NCBI GenBank assembly: GCA_038210785.1
Contig: JBBQWH010000002.1
Coordinates: 19,276-83,275 of the forward strand
Direction of reading: 5' to 3'
Length of the DNA stretch: 64,000 nt
From: Sphingomonadales bacterium
GTDB taxonomy: Bacteria > Pseudomonadota > Alphaproteobacteria > Sphingomonadales > Sphingomonadaceae
Both the position numbers and the translations under genes were made by a program. Position 1 is the first letter of the stretch. Each line of letters starts with the position of its first letter. The notes beneath the pieces are model-generated. The model ran no database searches and was not told where the DNA came from. It saw only the letters and a program-made list of their open reading frames with translations. Of this stretch, positions 10,338-21,935 are shown piece after piece.

Positions 10338-10961
10338 TTACTGGCCCGGGACGGCCTTAGGAGGCCCACCCGGAGCCCCATTCGGACCAGCAGCCGGAGG
10401 CCCACCGGGAGCGCCGCCCGGCGCGCCGCCCTGCTGCGCCTGCATGGTCTGCTGGAGGATCTGCAGATTGCGATCAAAGGTTGCGCGGCTCAGGATGTCG
10501 ATCACCTCGATCTCGAATTCGAGATCGGCATTGGGCGGGATCGGCGAACCCGGGGGCGGAGCGGCGCCGTAGGCCTTGTCGCCCGGAATGAAGAGCGTGT
10601 ACTTGCCGCCCTTCTGCATCTGCTGGAGCCCTTCAAAGAAACCCGGAATGGTCGCGCCTTCCTCTACGGGGAAGGGAGTGCCTTCGGGAAACAGGCCCTC
10701 GACCGGCAGCGGGATGTTTTGCGATTCGTCGAACACCGTGCCATCGGCGGCAAGCTTGCCCTTGTACTTGATAAACACCACGTTGCCCTTGGCCGCGATC
10801 GGCCCGTTGCCCGCCACCTGCGTATCAAGGCTCAACCCGCGCGGCACGGCGGCCCAAGCGAGACCTGCCCCTACCAGCACGGCAAGGACCACACCGATCC
10901 ACACCTTTGTCAGCGAGCCCTTGGCGACGGGTTTTATCGGAACGCGGGTAATCTCGGTCAT
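10338..10961 (-). CDS. FKBP-type peptidyl-prolyl cis-trans isomerase
   Basis: [34 protein letters not shown]; N-terminal TM, Pro/Gly tail. Confidence 0.93.
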   Translation of the reverse strand: MTEITRVPIKPVAKGSLTKVWIGVVLAVLVGAGLAWAAVPRGLSLDTQVAGNGPIAAKGNVVFIKYKGKLAADGTVFDESQNIPLPVEGLFPEGTPFPVEEGATIPGFFEGLQQMQKGGKYTLFIPGDKAYGAAPPPGSPIPPNADLEFEIEVIDILSRATFDRNLQILQQTMQAQQGGAPGGAPGGPPAAGPNGAPGGPPKAVPGQ

Positions 10962-11100
10962 GCTGTGGTCCTGACTGGCGGCACGCGCAGTGCGCGGCGT
11001 GATTACGACAAAAGGGCGCGGAATAAAGCCGCGCCCTGATGGCTGATCGGAAAGGGGGATTCAAGCGGTTCTGCGCGAAGCAACCCGCCGGAGGACGGGA

Positions 11101-11307
11101 TTATTTGCTCCCGTCACGCTCCATCCGCTTGCGATCCATCTTGCGGGCGCGGCGCACAGCGGCAGCCTTTTCACGGGCGCGCTTCTCGCTCGGCTTTTCG
11201 TAGTGGCGACGCAGCTTCATTTCGCGATAAACGCCCTCTCGCTGCAGCTTCTTCTTGAGCGCGCGGAGAGCCTGATCGACATTATTATCGCGAACCATGA
11301 TCTGCAT
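11101..11307 (-). CDS. rpsU: 30S ribosomal protein S21
   Basis: [29 protein letters not shown]. Confidence 0.97.
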   Translation of the reverse strand: MQIMVRDNNVDQALRALKKKLQREGVYREMKLRRHYEKPSEKRAREKAAAVRRARKMDRKRMERDGSK

Positions 11308-11545
11308 AAACGACGACTACCTCATGTCCAAAACGCCAGAGCCCGCCCGAATCTCGCGGGGATACGCGGTGAATTTCCTGTGAAACACCAACAATGCGGG
11401 GGCGATTCCCACACGGGACCGCCCTCATTCCGGTGCCCCGATAGTCCAACAATGGTGCAAAGGCAAGCCGCGAGCGCCCGGTCGAAGCCAAAAACCCGGG
11501 CTACCGCGCCTAGGCAGAGCGGCTTGCCGTCGCTAAGGGCAGGCG

Positions 11546-11959
11546 ATGGCTGGTGAACCTTCCCCTCTCTTTGCAAGTCTGACTGTGGCTGTTGGCGGCG
11601 CGGTCGGCTCGGTATTGCGCTATCAGATCGGACGCGCGGTGACGAACCTCGCCGGACCGGCCAACGCCTTTCCGTGGGGCACGCTTGCGGTCAATCTCGC
11701 GGGGAGCCTTGCCATGGGGGTGCTGGTGGGGTGGCTAGCGCGCGAAAGCTTCAATCCCCAGTCCGCCGATCCGCTGCGGCTGCTGATCGGCGTCGGGCTG
11801 CTGGGCGGCTTCACCACCTTCAGCGCGTTCAGTTCCGAGTTGGTGACCATGCTGCATCGCGGGCAGGCATTGCTGGCCTTCGGCTACGGCGCGGCGTCGC
11901 TGATCGCCGGGATGGCCGCGATTATCGTCGGGCTCATTATCGCCCAGAGCGCGCCATGA
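11546..11959 (+). CDS. crcB: Fluoride efflux channel Fluc/CrcB
   Basis: GGAVGSVLRY, FPWGTLAVN, GLLGGFTTFSAFS. Confidence 0.93.
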   Translation: MAGEPSPLFASLTVAVGGAVGSVLRYQIGRAVTNLAGPANAFPWGTLAVNLAGSLAMGVLVGWLARESFNPQSADPLRLLIGVGLLGGFTTFSAFSSELVTMLHRGQALLAFGYGAASLIAGMAAIIVGLIIAQSAP

Positions 11960-13269
11960 CCGGAACGCCCCCAGACGAGCGACCCCAGGACGATAGAGAG
12001 GTGCGCCAGTTCACTGTCAGCGAGGATGATAACGGCATCCGGCTTGACCGCTGGTTCAAACGCAACCTGCCGCTGATCGGCTTTGCCACCGTGTCGCGCT
12101 GGGCACGCACCGGGCAGATCCGGGTCGATGGCAAGCGCGTCAAGCCGGAGGATCGGCTGGAGCAAGGCCAGGTGCTGCGCGTACCACCCGGCGGCGAGGA
12201 GCCCCCGGCAACCGCCACGCGCAAGGCCCCCGCCGTGCGCCGCCTGCTCAGCCCCGAACAGATCGCCGAAGCCCGCGCCATGGTGATTCGCGAAACGCCA
12301 AGCGCGATCGTGCTTAACAAGCCGCCGGGCCTCGCTACGCAGGGCGGGACCAAGACCACCAAGCATGTCGACGGGCTGCTGGATGCGTTTGTGACCGACG
12401 ATAAAACCCCCCGCCCGCGGCTTGTCCATCGGCTCGACAAAGACACCTCGGGCGTGCTGCTGATTGCGCGCACCCCGGGCAGTGCGGCAAGCTTTTCCAA
12501 GCGCTTCGCCGGTCGCTCGGCCCGGAAGGTCTATTGGGCGCTGGTGGTGGGCAATCCTGCGCTGTCGGAAGGGATCATCGACGCAGCCCTGGCCAAACAG
12601 CCGGGAACCGGCGGCGAAAAAATGCATATCGACGAGGAAGGCGGCGCGGCGGCCAAGACCCGGTACCGCGTGGTCGATCATGCCGGAGAGCGCGCGGCGT
12701 GGGTCGAACTGGAGCCGCTGACCGGGCGCACCCACCAGCTGCGCGTGCACATGGCCGCGATCGGCCATCCGATCGTGGGCGACGGCAAATATGGCGGGCC
12801 TGAAGCCTTTCTCACTGGCGCGGTCAGCCGCAAGATGCACTTGCACGCCCGCCGCTTGATCATCACCGAGCCCAAGGCCAGCGATGGAAGCGGCGGCAAA
12901 CTGGACGTGACCGCTGACCTGCCCGCGCATTTCGCGATGAGCATGGAGGTGTTGGGCTTCGATCAGGGACTGTCGGACGCGGCCCCCTTACGCGAGGAAA
13001 CCCCGGAAAAGACCGGCGAGGAGAAAAAGCAAGCCGCCCGCCGCCATTTCAAGCAAGCGCGCAAGGAAACCCGTGCGCCCCGGCGCGCGCGCGGCGATGC
13101 TGCGCCCAAGGCCAAGGGCAAGACGAACGCCCCCGCTAAGGGCAAGGCGCTCTCAAAGCCCCCTGCCAAAGCCCCGGCCAAATCCGCCGCCAAGTTCCCC
13201 GATAAGTTCCCCGCCAAGCCGAGGACGGGCGCGAAGCCCAAGAGGCCCAGCAAGACCACGGGACTCTGA
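11956..13269 (+). CDS. rluC: RluA-family pseudouridine synthase (RluC-like) with Lys/Ala/Pro-rich tail
   Basis: S4 domain, HRLDKDTSG, TGRTHQLRVH; ATGA overlap with crcB. Confidence 0.85.
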   Translation: MTGTPPDERPQDDREVRQFTVSEDDNGIRLDRWFKRNLPLIGFATVSRWARTGQIRVDGKRVKPEDRLEQGQVLRVPPGGEEPPATATRKAPAVRRLLSPEQIAEARAMVIRETPSAIVLNKPPGLATQGGTKTTKHVDGLLDAFVTDDKTPRPRLVHRLDKDTSGVLLIARTPGSAASFSKRFAGRSARKVYWALVVGNPALSEGIIDAALAKQPGTGGEKMHIDEEGGAAAKTRYRVVDHAGERAAWVELEPLTGRTHQLRVHMAAIGHPIVGDGKYGGPEAFLTGAVSRKMHLHARRLIITEPKASDGSGGKLDVTADLPAHFAMSMEVLGFDQGLSDAAPLREETPEKTGEEKKQAARRHFKQARKETRAPRRARGDAAPKAKGKTNAPAKGKALSKPPAKAPAKSAAKFPDKFPAKPRTGAKPKRPSKTTGL

Positions 13270-13868
13270 TGCACCCCAACCCGCTCTATCGCACCGACGA
13301 CCGTGCCTTGTGCGACAGCCTGATCGAAGACATCGGCTTTGGCATGGTGTTCGCCGCCACCCCTGATGGCCTGCGGGCGGCGCATACCCCGCTGCTGCTT
13401 GGCGCGGCCGGCGCGGTGCAGTTCCACTTGGCCAGCAACAACGCTCTGGCGCGGCATCTTGACGGGGCGAGCGCGCTGATCGTAGTCAACGGGCCGGACG
13501 CCTATGTCTCCCCGCGCTGGTATACCAATCGCGACACGGTGCCGACGTGGGACTATGTCGCGCTGGAGCTGGATGGCAGGGTGCGGCGAATGGATGATGC
13601 GGGGCTGGAAGCCTTCCTCCACGCCGCGATTGCCAAGCACGAGGCCAAGCTTGGCGGCGCGCCGTGGCTGGCTGCCGAGTCCTCGGAAAAAGTCTGGTCG
13701 GGGCTGTTTCGCGGCATTGTCGGCTTCGAGCTGGACGTGCTCGCATTGCGGCCGACCGTCAAGCTCTCGCAGAACAAGCCGCCCGAAGACCGCGCCCGGA
13801 TCGCCGAGGGGCTGGAAAGCGCCGGGGCGAACGCGCTTGCGCAGCTTGTCCGGGGCATTTCGGCATGA
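13269..13868 (+). CDS. FMN-binding PaiB-like protein
   Basis: GPDAYVSPRWY, VPTWDY, KLSQNK. Confidence 0.85.
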   Translation: MHPNPLYRTDDRALCDSLIEDIGFGMVFAATPDGLRAAHTPLLLGAAGAVQFHLASNNALARHLDGASALIVVNGPDAYVSPRWYTNRDTVPTWDYVALELDGRVRRMDDAGLEAFLHAAIAKHEAKLGGAPWLAAESSEKVWSGLFRGIVGFELDVLALRPTVKLSQNKPPEDRARIAEGLESAGANALAQLVRGISA

Positions 13869-14536
13869 GGCTCCCGGTGCGCTTGGCAGTGTTCGATTGT
13901 GACGGCACGCTGGTCGACGGGCAGGCGGACGTGTGCTGGGCAATGGAACGCGCCTTCGCCCGCGCGGGCCTGCCTGCGCCCGACCCCCACGCCGTGCGCC
14001 GCGCGGTCGGACTCAGCCTGCCGGTCGCGGTGCGTGCGCTGGCCCCTGACCTCAGCGAGGAACAGGCGCGCGCAGTAAGCGAATTCTACCGTTCCAGCTT
14101 CCGCGCCCGGCGCGAAGAGGGCCTGATCGACGAACCGCTGTATGATGGCATCGCCGACCTGCTGCGCGACTTGCACAGCGCGGGCTGGCTCCTTGCGGTC
14201 GCCACCGGCAAGTCCGACCGCGGGCTGGCTGCCTGCCTCGCGGCGCACGGGATCGCCGATCTGTTCATCTCGCTCCAGACCGCAGACCGTCATCCGTCCA
14301 AACCCCACCCAGCGATGCTCGAAGCCGCGCTGGCCGAGGCAGGCGCGCTGCCAGCCCAAGCTGTGATGATCGGTGATACCAGCTTCGATATGCTGATGGC
14401 GCGCAGCATCGGGGTGACCGCGATCGGGGTCGGCTGGGGGTATCACGGCGCAGCAGAATTGCAGGCGAGCGGCGCGGTGTGCGTGGTCGATACCGCCGCT
14501 GCGCTGGCCAATGCGCTGGAGGAGGCGCTGCCATGA
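13865..14536 (+). CDS. HAD-IA family hydrolase (phosphoglycolate phosphatase-like)
   Basis: FDCDGTLVD, ATGK, SKPHP, MIGDT. Confidence 0.9.
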   Translation: MRLPVRLAVFDCDGTLVDGQADVCWAMERAFARAGLPAPDPHAVRRAVGLSLPVAVRALAPDLSEEQARAVSEFYRSSFRARREEGLIDEPLYDGIADLLRDLHSAGWLLAVATGKSDRGLAACLAAHGIADLFISLQTADRHPSKPHPAMLEAALAEAGALPAQAVMIGDTSFDMLMARSIGVTAIGVGWGYHGAAELQASGAVCVVDTAAALANALEEALP

Positions 14537-14772
14537 CCCGCTCGCCCCACGAAGCCGCCGAGGCCGAGGCGCGTCAGCGCTACTTCATCCTCAACGCCGT
14601 GCGCTTTAGCGGGATTGCGCTGGTGATGCTGGGCTTGGCGATTGCGCGCGGGATGCTGCCGTTGCCGTGGTTGGTGGGCGCGGTGCTGGCGCTGGCGGGC
14701 TTGCTCGAGTTCTTCTTTCTGCCGCCGATCATCGCCAAGCGCTGGAAGGCCGGAGACCGAAAGCTAAAATGA
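14533..14772 (+). CDS. Small two-TM hypothetical protein
   Basis: ATGA overlaps at both ends within the operon; two hydrophobic segments. Confidence 0.75.
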   Translation: MTRSPHEAAEAEARQRYFILNAVRFSGIALVMLGLAIARGMLPLPWLVGAVLALAGLLEFFFLPPIIAKRWKAGDRKLK

Positions 14773-15482
14773 TCCGCCGGTTCTACCACGATGTCACGCT
14801 TGGGGAAGCGCCCGGCGGATGGCAGGTGCTGCTTGACGGGCGCGGGGTCAAGACCGTCGGCGGCGCGGCGCAGGTCGCCCCGACGCTGGCTTTGGCCGAG
14901 GCGCTGGCGGCGGAATGGCGGCGGCAGGGCGATCGAATCGATCCCGCCAGCCTGCCGCTGCGCGACCTGGCCGACTACGCGGTCGACATGGTCGCAGGCG
15001 ATCCGGCGGCGCGGGCAGACGGGCTGGTCGCCTACGCCGAGACCGATACGCTGTGTTACCGCGCCGGCCCTGACGAACCGCTGCACGCGCACCAGCAGGC
15101 CGTGTGGGAGCCGCTGCTGACTGCGTTCGAGGCTGCCCACGGGATCGCGCTTGTGCGGGTGACCGGCGTGCTCCACCGCCCGCAGCCTGCACCAGCGCTG
15201 GCGGTGCTGCGCGCGCGGTTGCTGACGCTCGATCCCTTTGTGCTGGCAGGAGTGGAGGCGATGACGACGCTCGCCGCCTCGCTGGTCACCGCGCTCACCG
15301 CGCTGGATGCGGACGGCGAGGAGGCACCGCGCGCGCTATGGCAGGCGGCATGTCTGGAGGAAGAATGGCAGGCCGATCTGTGGGGCCGCGACGAAGAGGC
15401 CGAGCAGCGCCGCATTCGGCGCGAGGCCGATTTCCTGCGCGCCTGCGGCTTTGCCAAGATGGCGCGGTTGGCGCGGGGCTAG
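14769..15482 (+). CDS. ATP12 family chaperone
   Basis: RRFY, LDGRGVKT, AAEW, ETDTLCYRA, EEEWQADLWGRDEEA. Confidence 0.9.
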   Translation: MIRRFYHDVTLGEAPGGWQVLLDGRGVKTVGGAAQVAPTLALAEALAAEWRRQGDRIDPASLPLRDLADYAVDMVAGDPAARADGLVAYAETDTLCYRAGPDEPLHAHQQAVWEPLLTAFEAAHGIALVRVTGVLHRPQPAPALAVLRARLLTLDPFVLAGVEAMTTLAASLVTALTALDADGEEAPRALWQAACLEEEWQADLWGRDEEAEQRRIRREADFLRACGFAKMARLARG

Positions 15483-15483
15483 C

Positions 15484-16131
15484 TCAGCCCCCCGCGACCC
15501 AATCCGCGACCTCGGCTGCGACCGTGTTGGCCGCGCGGTTGAGCGCCGCGCCCACCGCCCGCCCTTCGGCCGGAACGCCGGTCTCACGCGCTTCGAAGCG
15601 GCGGGTGGTGACTGCGCCGTCATCGCCGATCCGCACCGCATCGAACCGCACCAGCGCCGCAGATTGCGGCGCATCATAGCCCATGTCGATCAGCGTCCCG
15701 CGCAAGGTCACGGTCGCCAGCATCGCGGCGTTATCGCCGTCGATCACCATTGCGCCGCCGCGTGCGCGGATCGTCTCACCCACCAGCCGCCGAAACAGGC
15801 GCGCGGGCTTTTCCACCCAGAACGCTTCTTGCAGATAGGCCAGTTCCGTATCGCTCACCGCCACCGGCACGCGCAGCACATCAAGCTTGGCAGGGGTATC
15901 AATGGTCAGCACCGCGATCACCGGGCGCCCAGTCCCGGCGGCAGTCCCGGCGGCAGTCCCGGCGGCAACCCCGGGGCCGACCGGCGCGCGGGCATCTGCG
16001 TTGAGCGTCAGCAAGCTCTCGGGCGGAGGGCCGCCCAGACTGATGCAACCCGGCAGCGCCAGCAGCAGCGGCAGGGCAATAAGGACAGGCCGTTTGCGCC
16101 AGATCATGGAATCAATCTTCCTCATGGCCAA
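15484..16131 (-). CDS. ABC-type transport auxiliary lipoprotein (PqiC-like)
   Basis: Lipobox LPGC, WVEKPARLF; last gene of the MCE operon. Confidence 0.82.
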   Translation of the reverse strand: MAMRKIDSMIWRKRPVLIALPLLLALPGCISLGGPPPESLLTLNADARAPVGPGVAAGTAAGTAAGTGRPVIAVLTIDTPAKLDVLRVPVAVSDTELAYLQEAFWVEKPARLFRRLVGETIRARGGAMVIDGDNAAMLATVTLRGTLIDMGYDAPQSAALVRFDAVRIGDDGAVTTRRFEARETGVPAEGRAVGAALNRAANTVAAEVADWVAGG

Positions 16132-16137
16132 TCTTCC

Positions 16138-17085
16138 TCATGGCTTGTAATCGGGCAGCGACTTGCCCCCCACCAGCGCGCCCGCGCCTTCGCTTTCGAG
16201 CTTTTCGGTAATCGCGCGCAAAGACCGGCTGGTGGCGCGCAGATCCTCAAGCGTTGCCTCGGCATTGGGCAGCGTTGTTGTGCGTAATTGCCGCGCGGCG
16301 GGGCGGGTGTCCTCGAGCGTCGCCGCCAGCGAGGCGAGCGCGGAGTTGGCCGATTTGAGCGTCCCGCGCAGTTCCTGCACCAGCGGCGCGCCCTCGCCAT
16401 TGACTAGCCCTTCGGTGCTCAACGCAACGCGTTCTACCGCATCGAGGGTCTGGTTGAATTCCTGCATGGTGACGCGGAAATCCTTGAGGTTTGCGGTGAG
16501 TTCCGGGGTGGAATCGGCCAACGCGCCGGTCAGCTTGTTGGAATTGCGCAGGATACCCGCCAGTTCCTGCTGGTTGTCCGGTCCGAGGATGGCGTTCAAC
16601 TGCTCGGTCAGCGTCGCCAGCCGTTCGAGCAGCAGCGGCGCGTTGGCGACGATCTCGCCGATCCCGCCGCGTCCGGGGGGGATCACCGGGCGGTCTTCGG
16701 GGCAGGCGGTGGTCTCGCAGGTGATCTTGGGCGCACCCTTGCGCGCGCCGTCAAGCAGGATGGTCGAAACCCCGGTAAAGCTCGCCTGGATGGTCGCCTG
16801 CGTGCCGACCAGGATCGGCACATCATCCTTGACCTTGATCCGCACCCGCACGAATTCCGGATTGCCCTTGGCCAGCGCGATTTCCTGCACCTGGCCAACT
16901 GGCACTCCGGCAAAGGTGACTTCGCTGCCATTGGCCAGTCCCGTGACCGACTGGCTGTAGAAGATGTCGTATTCGTCCTGGCGGCCCTGCCCCAGCCGCG
17001 CAATCCAGACGATGAACGCTGCCAGCGCCGCCAGCAACACCAGCGTCACCACTCCGACCCACAGATGATTGGCTCTGGTTTCCAT
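16138..17085 (-). CDS. MlaD/MCE family protein
   Basis: METRANHLWVG, SVTGLANGSEVTFAGVPVGQV MCE domain, helical C-terminus. Confidence 0.9.
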   Translation of the reverse strand: METRANHLWVGVVTLVLLAALAAFIVWIARLGQGRQDEYDIFYSQSVTGLANGSEVTFAGVPVGQVQEIALAKGNPEFVRVRIKVKDDVPILVGTQATIQASFTGVSTILLDGARKGAPKITCETTACPEDRPVIPPGRGGIGEIVANAPLLLERLATLTEQLNAILGPDNQQELAGILRNSNKLTGALADSTPELTANLKDFRVTMQEFNQTLDAVERVALSTEGLVNGEGAPLVQELRGTLKSANSALASLAATLEDTRPAARQLRTTTLPNAEATLEDLRATSRSLRAITEKLESEGAGALVGGKSLPDYKP

Positions 17086-17134
17086 TGCGTTTCCTATGCC
17101 GCGCAGGCTGCGCGCTTGTCCAATAGTCTCTGGC

Positions 17135-17935
17135 TCATGGCGCGGCCCGCAGGTGAGTGTCTTGCGCAGCGCGCCCGCGCGGGCCGTTAAAATACTCCTC
17201 GATCCACGGGTGCCCGGTGGCGATCAATTCGGGGATGGTGCCGACTGCAATGATGCGCTTGTCGGCGATCACCGCCACCCGGTCGCAAATCTCGTAGAGT
17301 GTATCGAGGTCGTGGGTGATGAGGAACACGGTGAGGCCCAGCGTTTCCTTCAGTTCGCGGGTCAGCCGGTCGAACATGGCGGCGCCGATCGGGTCGAGCC
17401 CGGCGGTGGGTTCATCAAGGAATAATAGCTCGGGATCGAGCGCGAGCGCGCGGGCGAGGCCAGCGCGCTTCCTCATCCCGCCCGACAATTCGGACGGGAA
17501 TTTTGCCACCGCGCTTTCGGGCAGGCCGGTCAGGATCACCTTGTACCGGGCAATTTGCCGGCGCAGTTCGGCGCTGAGATCAGGGTAATATTTGCGCAGC
17601 GGCACCTCGACATTCTCGCCAACCGTCAGGGTCGAAAACAGCGCCCCGCCCTGGAACAGCACGCCCCAGCGGCGGCGCACACCAACGCCCTCCTCAAGGT
17701 CAATCTCGGTGATGGTGTGCCCCAGCACATCGATCCGCCCGGCGCTGGGGCACTGCAAGCCGATGATCGAGCGCATCAGCACCGATTTGCCGGTGCCAGA
17801 GCCTCCCACCACGCCAAGGATCTCGCCGCGATTGACAGTGAGATCGAGGCCGTCGTGCACCGCAAAGTCGCCAAAGCGGTTGACGAGGCCCTTGACCACA
17901 ATCGGGGGCGGTTCATTGGCGGGGTGTTCGGTCAT
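17135..17935 (-). CDS. MlaF-like ABC ATP-binding protein
   Basis: GGSGTGKS, LSGGMRKR, LFLDEPTAGLDP. Confidence 0.93.
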   Translation of the reverse strand: MTEHPANEPPPIVVKGLVNRFGDFAVHDGLDLTVNRGEILGVVGGSGTGKSVLMRSIIGLQCPSAGRIDVLGHTITEIDLEEGVGVRRRWGVLFQGGALFSTLTVGENVEVPLRKYYPDLSAELRRQIARYKVILTGLPESAVAKFPSELSGGMRKRAGLARALALDPELLFLDEPTAGLDPIGAAMFDRLTRELKETLGLTVFLITHDLDTLYEICDRVAVIADKRIIAVGTIPELIATGHPWIEEYFNGPRGRAAQDTHLRAAP

Positions 17936-17944
17936 TCGCGCCTT

Positions 17945-19057
17945 CTACCCCCAGCCCACTTCGGTGAAGAACACCGCGAAGAACGCATCGATCACGATCA
18001 CCGCAAAGATCGCCGAGACCACCGCCATCGTGGTGCGGCGGCCCACTTCCTCCGAATTGCCTTGCACCTGCATCCCGTGATAGCACCCGGCCAACGCGAC
18101 GATCAGCCCGAACACCGGCGCCTTGATCAGGCTGACCCACAGATCATGTGCGGGCACCACTTCCTGAATGCGTGACAGAAACGTCCAGAACGGAATGCCG
18201 AGCGTGAGTTCGCCCACCACTGCCCCGCCGATAATCGACATGATCGAGGCATAGAAGCCCAGCAGCACCATCATGAACGTTGCCGCCACGATGCGCGGGA
18301 TCACCAGCACCTCGATCGGCGAGATGCCAATGGTGCGCATCGCGTCGATCTCCTCGGTCAGCTTCATCGTACCGATTTGCGCAGCGAACGCGCTGCCCGA
18401 ACGCCCCGCCACCATGATGGCAGTCATCAACACGCCGAGTTCGCGCAAGGTAATCCGCCCGACGAGGTTGACCGTCAGCGATTCCGCCCCAAATTGTTGG
18501 AGCTGCACCGAGCCCTGCTGGGCGATGACGATGCCGATCAGAAAGCTCATCAACCCGATGATCGGCAGCGCGGTAACGCCCACCAGTTCCATCTGGTGCA
18601 CCAGCGCCCGGATCGGGAAGCGTGACGGGTGGCGGAGCAGGTTTGCAGCGCCGATCAGGATCTGCCCGAAAAAGCCGACCACGCCGTAAATCCCCGAGCG
18701 GCTGGCAAAGATCTTGTCGCCCACCGCCAGCGGCACCCGTTCCCACACCGGCAGGCGCGGCGGGCGCATACGGCCGCTGGCATCGATATCGCGCACCGCC
18801 GCCAGCAACCGCTCGGCCGCCGGGCTCGCGCCGGTGATATCGCTGAGGTGCGCGCGCGCGACCCGGCACACCACCCACGCGCCGACGGTGTCAATCTCAT
18901 CGACCCCGGCCAGATCCACCGTGCGGATGGCGCCCGCGATCTGTTTGAGTTCACGATCGAGCGGGCCGATGTTGCTGAGCGTAAGGTGCCCTGACAGCAC
19001 CAGCCGGGTGCCACCTGCGCCAATTTCCTCCAGCGAATATTGCGCGGCTCCCTGCAT
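17945..19057 (-). CDS. MlaE-family permease with N-terminal STAS domain
   Basis: DLAGVDEIDTVGA (STAS), LRELG, AGRSGSAFAAQIGTMK..EEIDAM. Confidence 0.9.
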   Translation of the reverse strand: MQGAAQYSLEEIGAGGTRLVLSGHLTLSNIGPLDRELKQIAGAIRTVDLAGVDEIDTVGAWVVCRVARAHLSDITGASPAAERLLAAVRDIDASGRMRPPRLPVWERVPLAVGDKIFASRSGIYGVVGFFGQILIGAANLLRHPSRFPIRALVHQMELVGVTALPIIGLMSFLIGIVIAQQGSVQLQQFGAESLTVNLVGRITLRELGVLMTAIMVAGRSGSAFAAQIGTMKLTEEIDAMRTIGISPIEVLVIPRIVAATFMMVLLGFYASIMSIIGGAVVGELTLGIPFWTFLSRIQEVVPAHDLWVSLIKAPVFGLIVALAGCYHGMQVQGNSEEVGRRTTMAVVSAIFAVIVIDAFFAVFFTEVGWG

Positions 19058-19191
19058 CGGGCTGAAGCTATGGGGTGATTTTCGCGATGCGGCAAGGCTC
19101 TCGCGGCATCGCGCGGCTGCAATTCGGAGCCCTTGCGTCATTGCATCGCAACATCGGTGCTGGCATGGCGCGGGGCATCATGCCAGATAAT

Positions 19192-21903
19192 ATGATCCCC
19201 ACATTGCCGACCACATTCGACCCCGCCGATATCGAGGCGCGCTGGTATGCCCATTGGGAGGCAAAAAACTGCTTCCGCCCGGCACGCCCCGACGCGGAAG
19301 CCTTCACCATCGTCAACCCGCCGCCGAACGTCACCGGCTCGCTCCACATTGGCCACGCGCTCGATAACACCTTGCAGGACGTGGTGGTGCGGTACGAGCG
19401 CCTGCGCGGCAAGGACGCCTTGTGGGTGGTCGGCACCGATCACGCGGGGATCGCGACGCAGATGGTGGTCGAACGCCAGATGGAAGCGCAGGCCGACAAA
19501 CGCACCAATTACACCCGCGAAGAGTTCGTTGCGAAGGTGTGGGAATGGAAAGCCGACAGCGGCGGCACGATCACCAACCAGCTGCGCCGGCTAGGCTGCT
19601 CGATGGACTGGAGCCGCGAGCAGTTCACAATGGACCCGCACTTCACCACGGCGGTGATCACGACCTTCGTGAACCTCTACAACGATGGGTTGATCTACCG
19701 CGACAAGCGGCTGGTGAACTGGGACCCGAAGCTGAAGACCGCGATCAGCGATCTCGAGGTGGAAACCCGCGAAATTCAGGGCCATTTCTGGCGGTTCCGC
19801 TATCCGTTGGCAGACGGCGCGCGGACGGATGCCGGGGCGGATCACGTGATCGTCGCCACCACCCGGCCCGAAACGATGCTGGCCGATATGGCCGTGGCGG
19901 TGAACCCGGCCGACGAACGCTATGCCAGCGTTGTCGGCAAGTTCGTGGTGCTGCCGATCACCGGACGGCGCATCCCGATCATCGCTGATGAACATGCCGA
20001 TCCGGCGCTGGGATCAGGCTGCGTCAAGATTACCCCGGGGCATGATTTCAACGACTTCGAGGTCGGCAGGCGCGCCGGGATTGCGGCGGGCGAGATGCTC
20101 AACATGCTCGATGCCGATGCGGCGGTGGCGCAAGTGGCTGATGGCCTGATCCCGGCGGAATACGTAGGCCTCGACCGGTTCGATGCGCGCAAGGCCGTGG
20201 TCGAGCGGCTCAAGGCCGACGGCGTCCTCGTCCCGCATGTGACCGAAAAGGACGGCGAGCGCACCGAACACGACGCCGAACCGCGCGTGATCCAGACCCC
20301 GTTTGGTGATCGCGGCGGCGTGGTGATCGAACCGTGGCTGACCGACCAGTGGTATGTGAACGCGGCGGAACTTTCGAAAAAGCCAATCGCAGCGGTGAAG
20401 TCCGGCGAGATCGGGATCGTGCCCAAGACGTGGGATAAGACCTTCTTCAACTGGATGGAGAACATCCAGCCGTGGTGTGTATCGCGGCAATTGTGGTGGG
20501 GGCACCGGATTCCGGCTTGGTTTGGCGATGATGGCCGCGTTTTCGTCGCGACCAACGCCGAGGAAGCGCAGGCACTGGCCGGTGACGGCGTGTCGCTAAC
20601 GCAGGACGAGGACGTCCTCGACACGTGGTTCTCATCCGCGCTGTGGCCCTTTGCCACGCTCGGCTGGCCCGAGGATGGCGCGCCGCTGGTCGAGAAACAC
20701 TACCCCAACAGCCTCCTCATTTCCGGCTTCGACATCCTGTTCTTCTGGGACGCGCGGATGATGATGATGGGCTATCACCTCATGGGTCAAAAGCCGTGGG
20801 ATACGCTCTATCTCCACGGCCTCGTGCGTGCAGCCGACGGCGCGAAGATGTCGAAGTCCAAGGGCAATGTGGTCGATCCGCTGGGCCTGATTGACCAGTA
20901 CGGCGCGGACGCCTTGCGGTTCTTCATGGCAGCGATGGAAAGCCAGGGCCGCGACATCAAGATGGATGAAAAGCGGGTCGAAGGCTACCGCAACTTCGCC
21001 ACTAAGCTGTGGAACGCGGCGCGGTTCTGCCAGTCGAACGGCATTGGCGCGTCGGCGGACATCAAGGCCCCGCCAGCCCGCCTCGCCGCCAACCAGTGGA
21101 TCATCGGCGAAGTCGCGGCCTGCGTCACCGAAATCGAGCGCGCGATGGCCGATCTGCGCTTCGATGCGGCGGCCAACGCGATCTACCAGTTCACGTGGAG
21201 CAAGTTCTGCGATTGGTATCTGGAGCTGATCAAGCCGGTCTTCGCTGGCGATGCCGGCAGCCCGCCCGCAGTCGAAACCCGCGCGGTCGCCGGCTGGGCG
21301 CTCGACCAGATCCTCGTCATGCTCCACCCCTTCATGCCTTTCATCACCGAAGAGCTGTGGCACAAGCTAGGGACGCGGCCCTACGAACTGATCGTCGCGC
21401 AATGGCCCCAGCCCGAAGCCGAAGTCAGCAAGGACGCCACCGACGTCATCGACTGGGTGATCGAGCTCACCACCAACACCCGCAGCGCCAAGAACGAACT
21501 TGGCATCGCGCCGGGTGCCAAGCTGGCGGCGTGGCTGGCGGCACCTTCCGACGTGGCGACGCGCACCATCGAGCGCAGCAGCGCCGCGATCGAACGCCTC
21601 GCCCGCCTGACGCCTGTCACCATCGGCGAGGCACCCGCCGGCCCCGCCATGCAGGTGATCGCAGGGGGCGACGTATTCGTAATCCCGCTCGACGGGATCA
21701 TCGACATCGCGGCTGAAAAGGCCCGGCTCGAAAAGGCGCTGGCGGCCAGCACCAAGGAAGCCAAGAGCCTCGAAGGCCGCCTCGGCAACCCCGCCTTCGC
21801 CGAGAAAGCCAAGCCCGAAGCGGTCGAAAAAGCCCGCGCCGATCTCGCCCATCACACAGGCGAAGTGGAGCGGCTGATGGCGGCACTGACGCGGCTGGGT
21901 TAG
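19192..21903 (+). CDS. valS: Valine--tRNA ligase
   Basis: [44 protein letters not shown]-terminal coiled coil. Confidence 0.98.
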   Translation: MIPTLPTTFDPADIEARWYAHWEAKNCFRPARPDAEAFTIVNPPPNVTGSLHIGHALDNTLQDVVVRYERLRGKDALWVVGTDHAGIATQMVVERQMEAQADKRTNYTREEFVAKVWEWKADSGGTITNQLRRLGCSMDWSREQFTMDPHFTTAVITTFVNLYNDGLIYRDKRLVNWDPKLKTAISDLEVETREIQGHFWRFRYPLADGARTDAGADHVIVATTRPETMLADMAVAVNPADERYASVVGKFVVLPITGRRIPIIADEHADPALGSGCVKITPGHDFNDFEVGRRAGIAAGEMLNMLDADAAVAQVADGLIPAEYVGLDRFDARKAVVERLKADGVLVPHVTEKDGERTEHDAEPRVIQTPFGDRGGVVIEPWLTDQWYVNAAELSKKPIAAVKSGEIGIVPKTWDKTFFNWMENIQPWCVSRQLWWGHRIPAWFGDDGRVFVATNAEEAQALAGDGVSLTQDEDVLDTWFSSALWPFATLGWPEDGAPLVEKHYPNSLLISGFDILFFWDARMMMMGYHLMGQKPWDTLYLHGLVRAADGAKMSKSKGNVVDPLGLIDQYGADALRFFMAAMESQGRDIKMDEKRVEGYRNFATKLWNAARFCQSNGIGASADIKAPPARLAANQWIIGEVAACVTEIERAMADLRFDAAANAIYQFTWSKFCDWYLELIKPVFAGDAGSPPAVETRAVAGWALDQILVMLHPFMPFITEELWHKLGTRPYELIVAQWPQPEAEVSKDATDVIDWVIELTTNTRSAKNELGIAPGAKLAAWLAAPSDVATRTIERSSAAIERLARLTPVTIGEAPAGPAMQVIAGGDVFVIPLDGIIDIAAEKARLEKALAASTKEAKSLEGRLGNPAFAEKAKPEAVEKARADLAHHTGEVERLMAALTRLG

Positions 21904-21935
21904 TTCTCCCGCCCGATCGGTGCCATCCCCCGGGC

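Noticed and set aside
11372-11387. Second parS (AATTTCCTGTGAAACA)
   Set aside because: Four mismatches; only one good half-site
11500-11570. Fluoride riboswitch before crcB
   Set aside because: GGCGATGG is present but overlaps the start codon, and the pseudoknot/terminal elements are not recognisable
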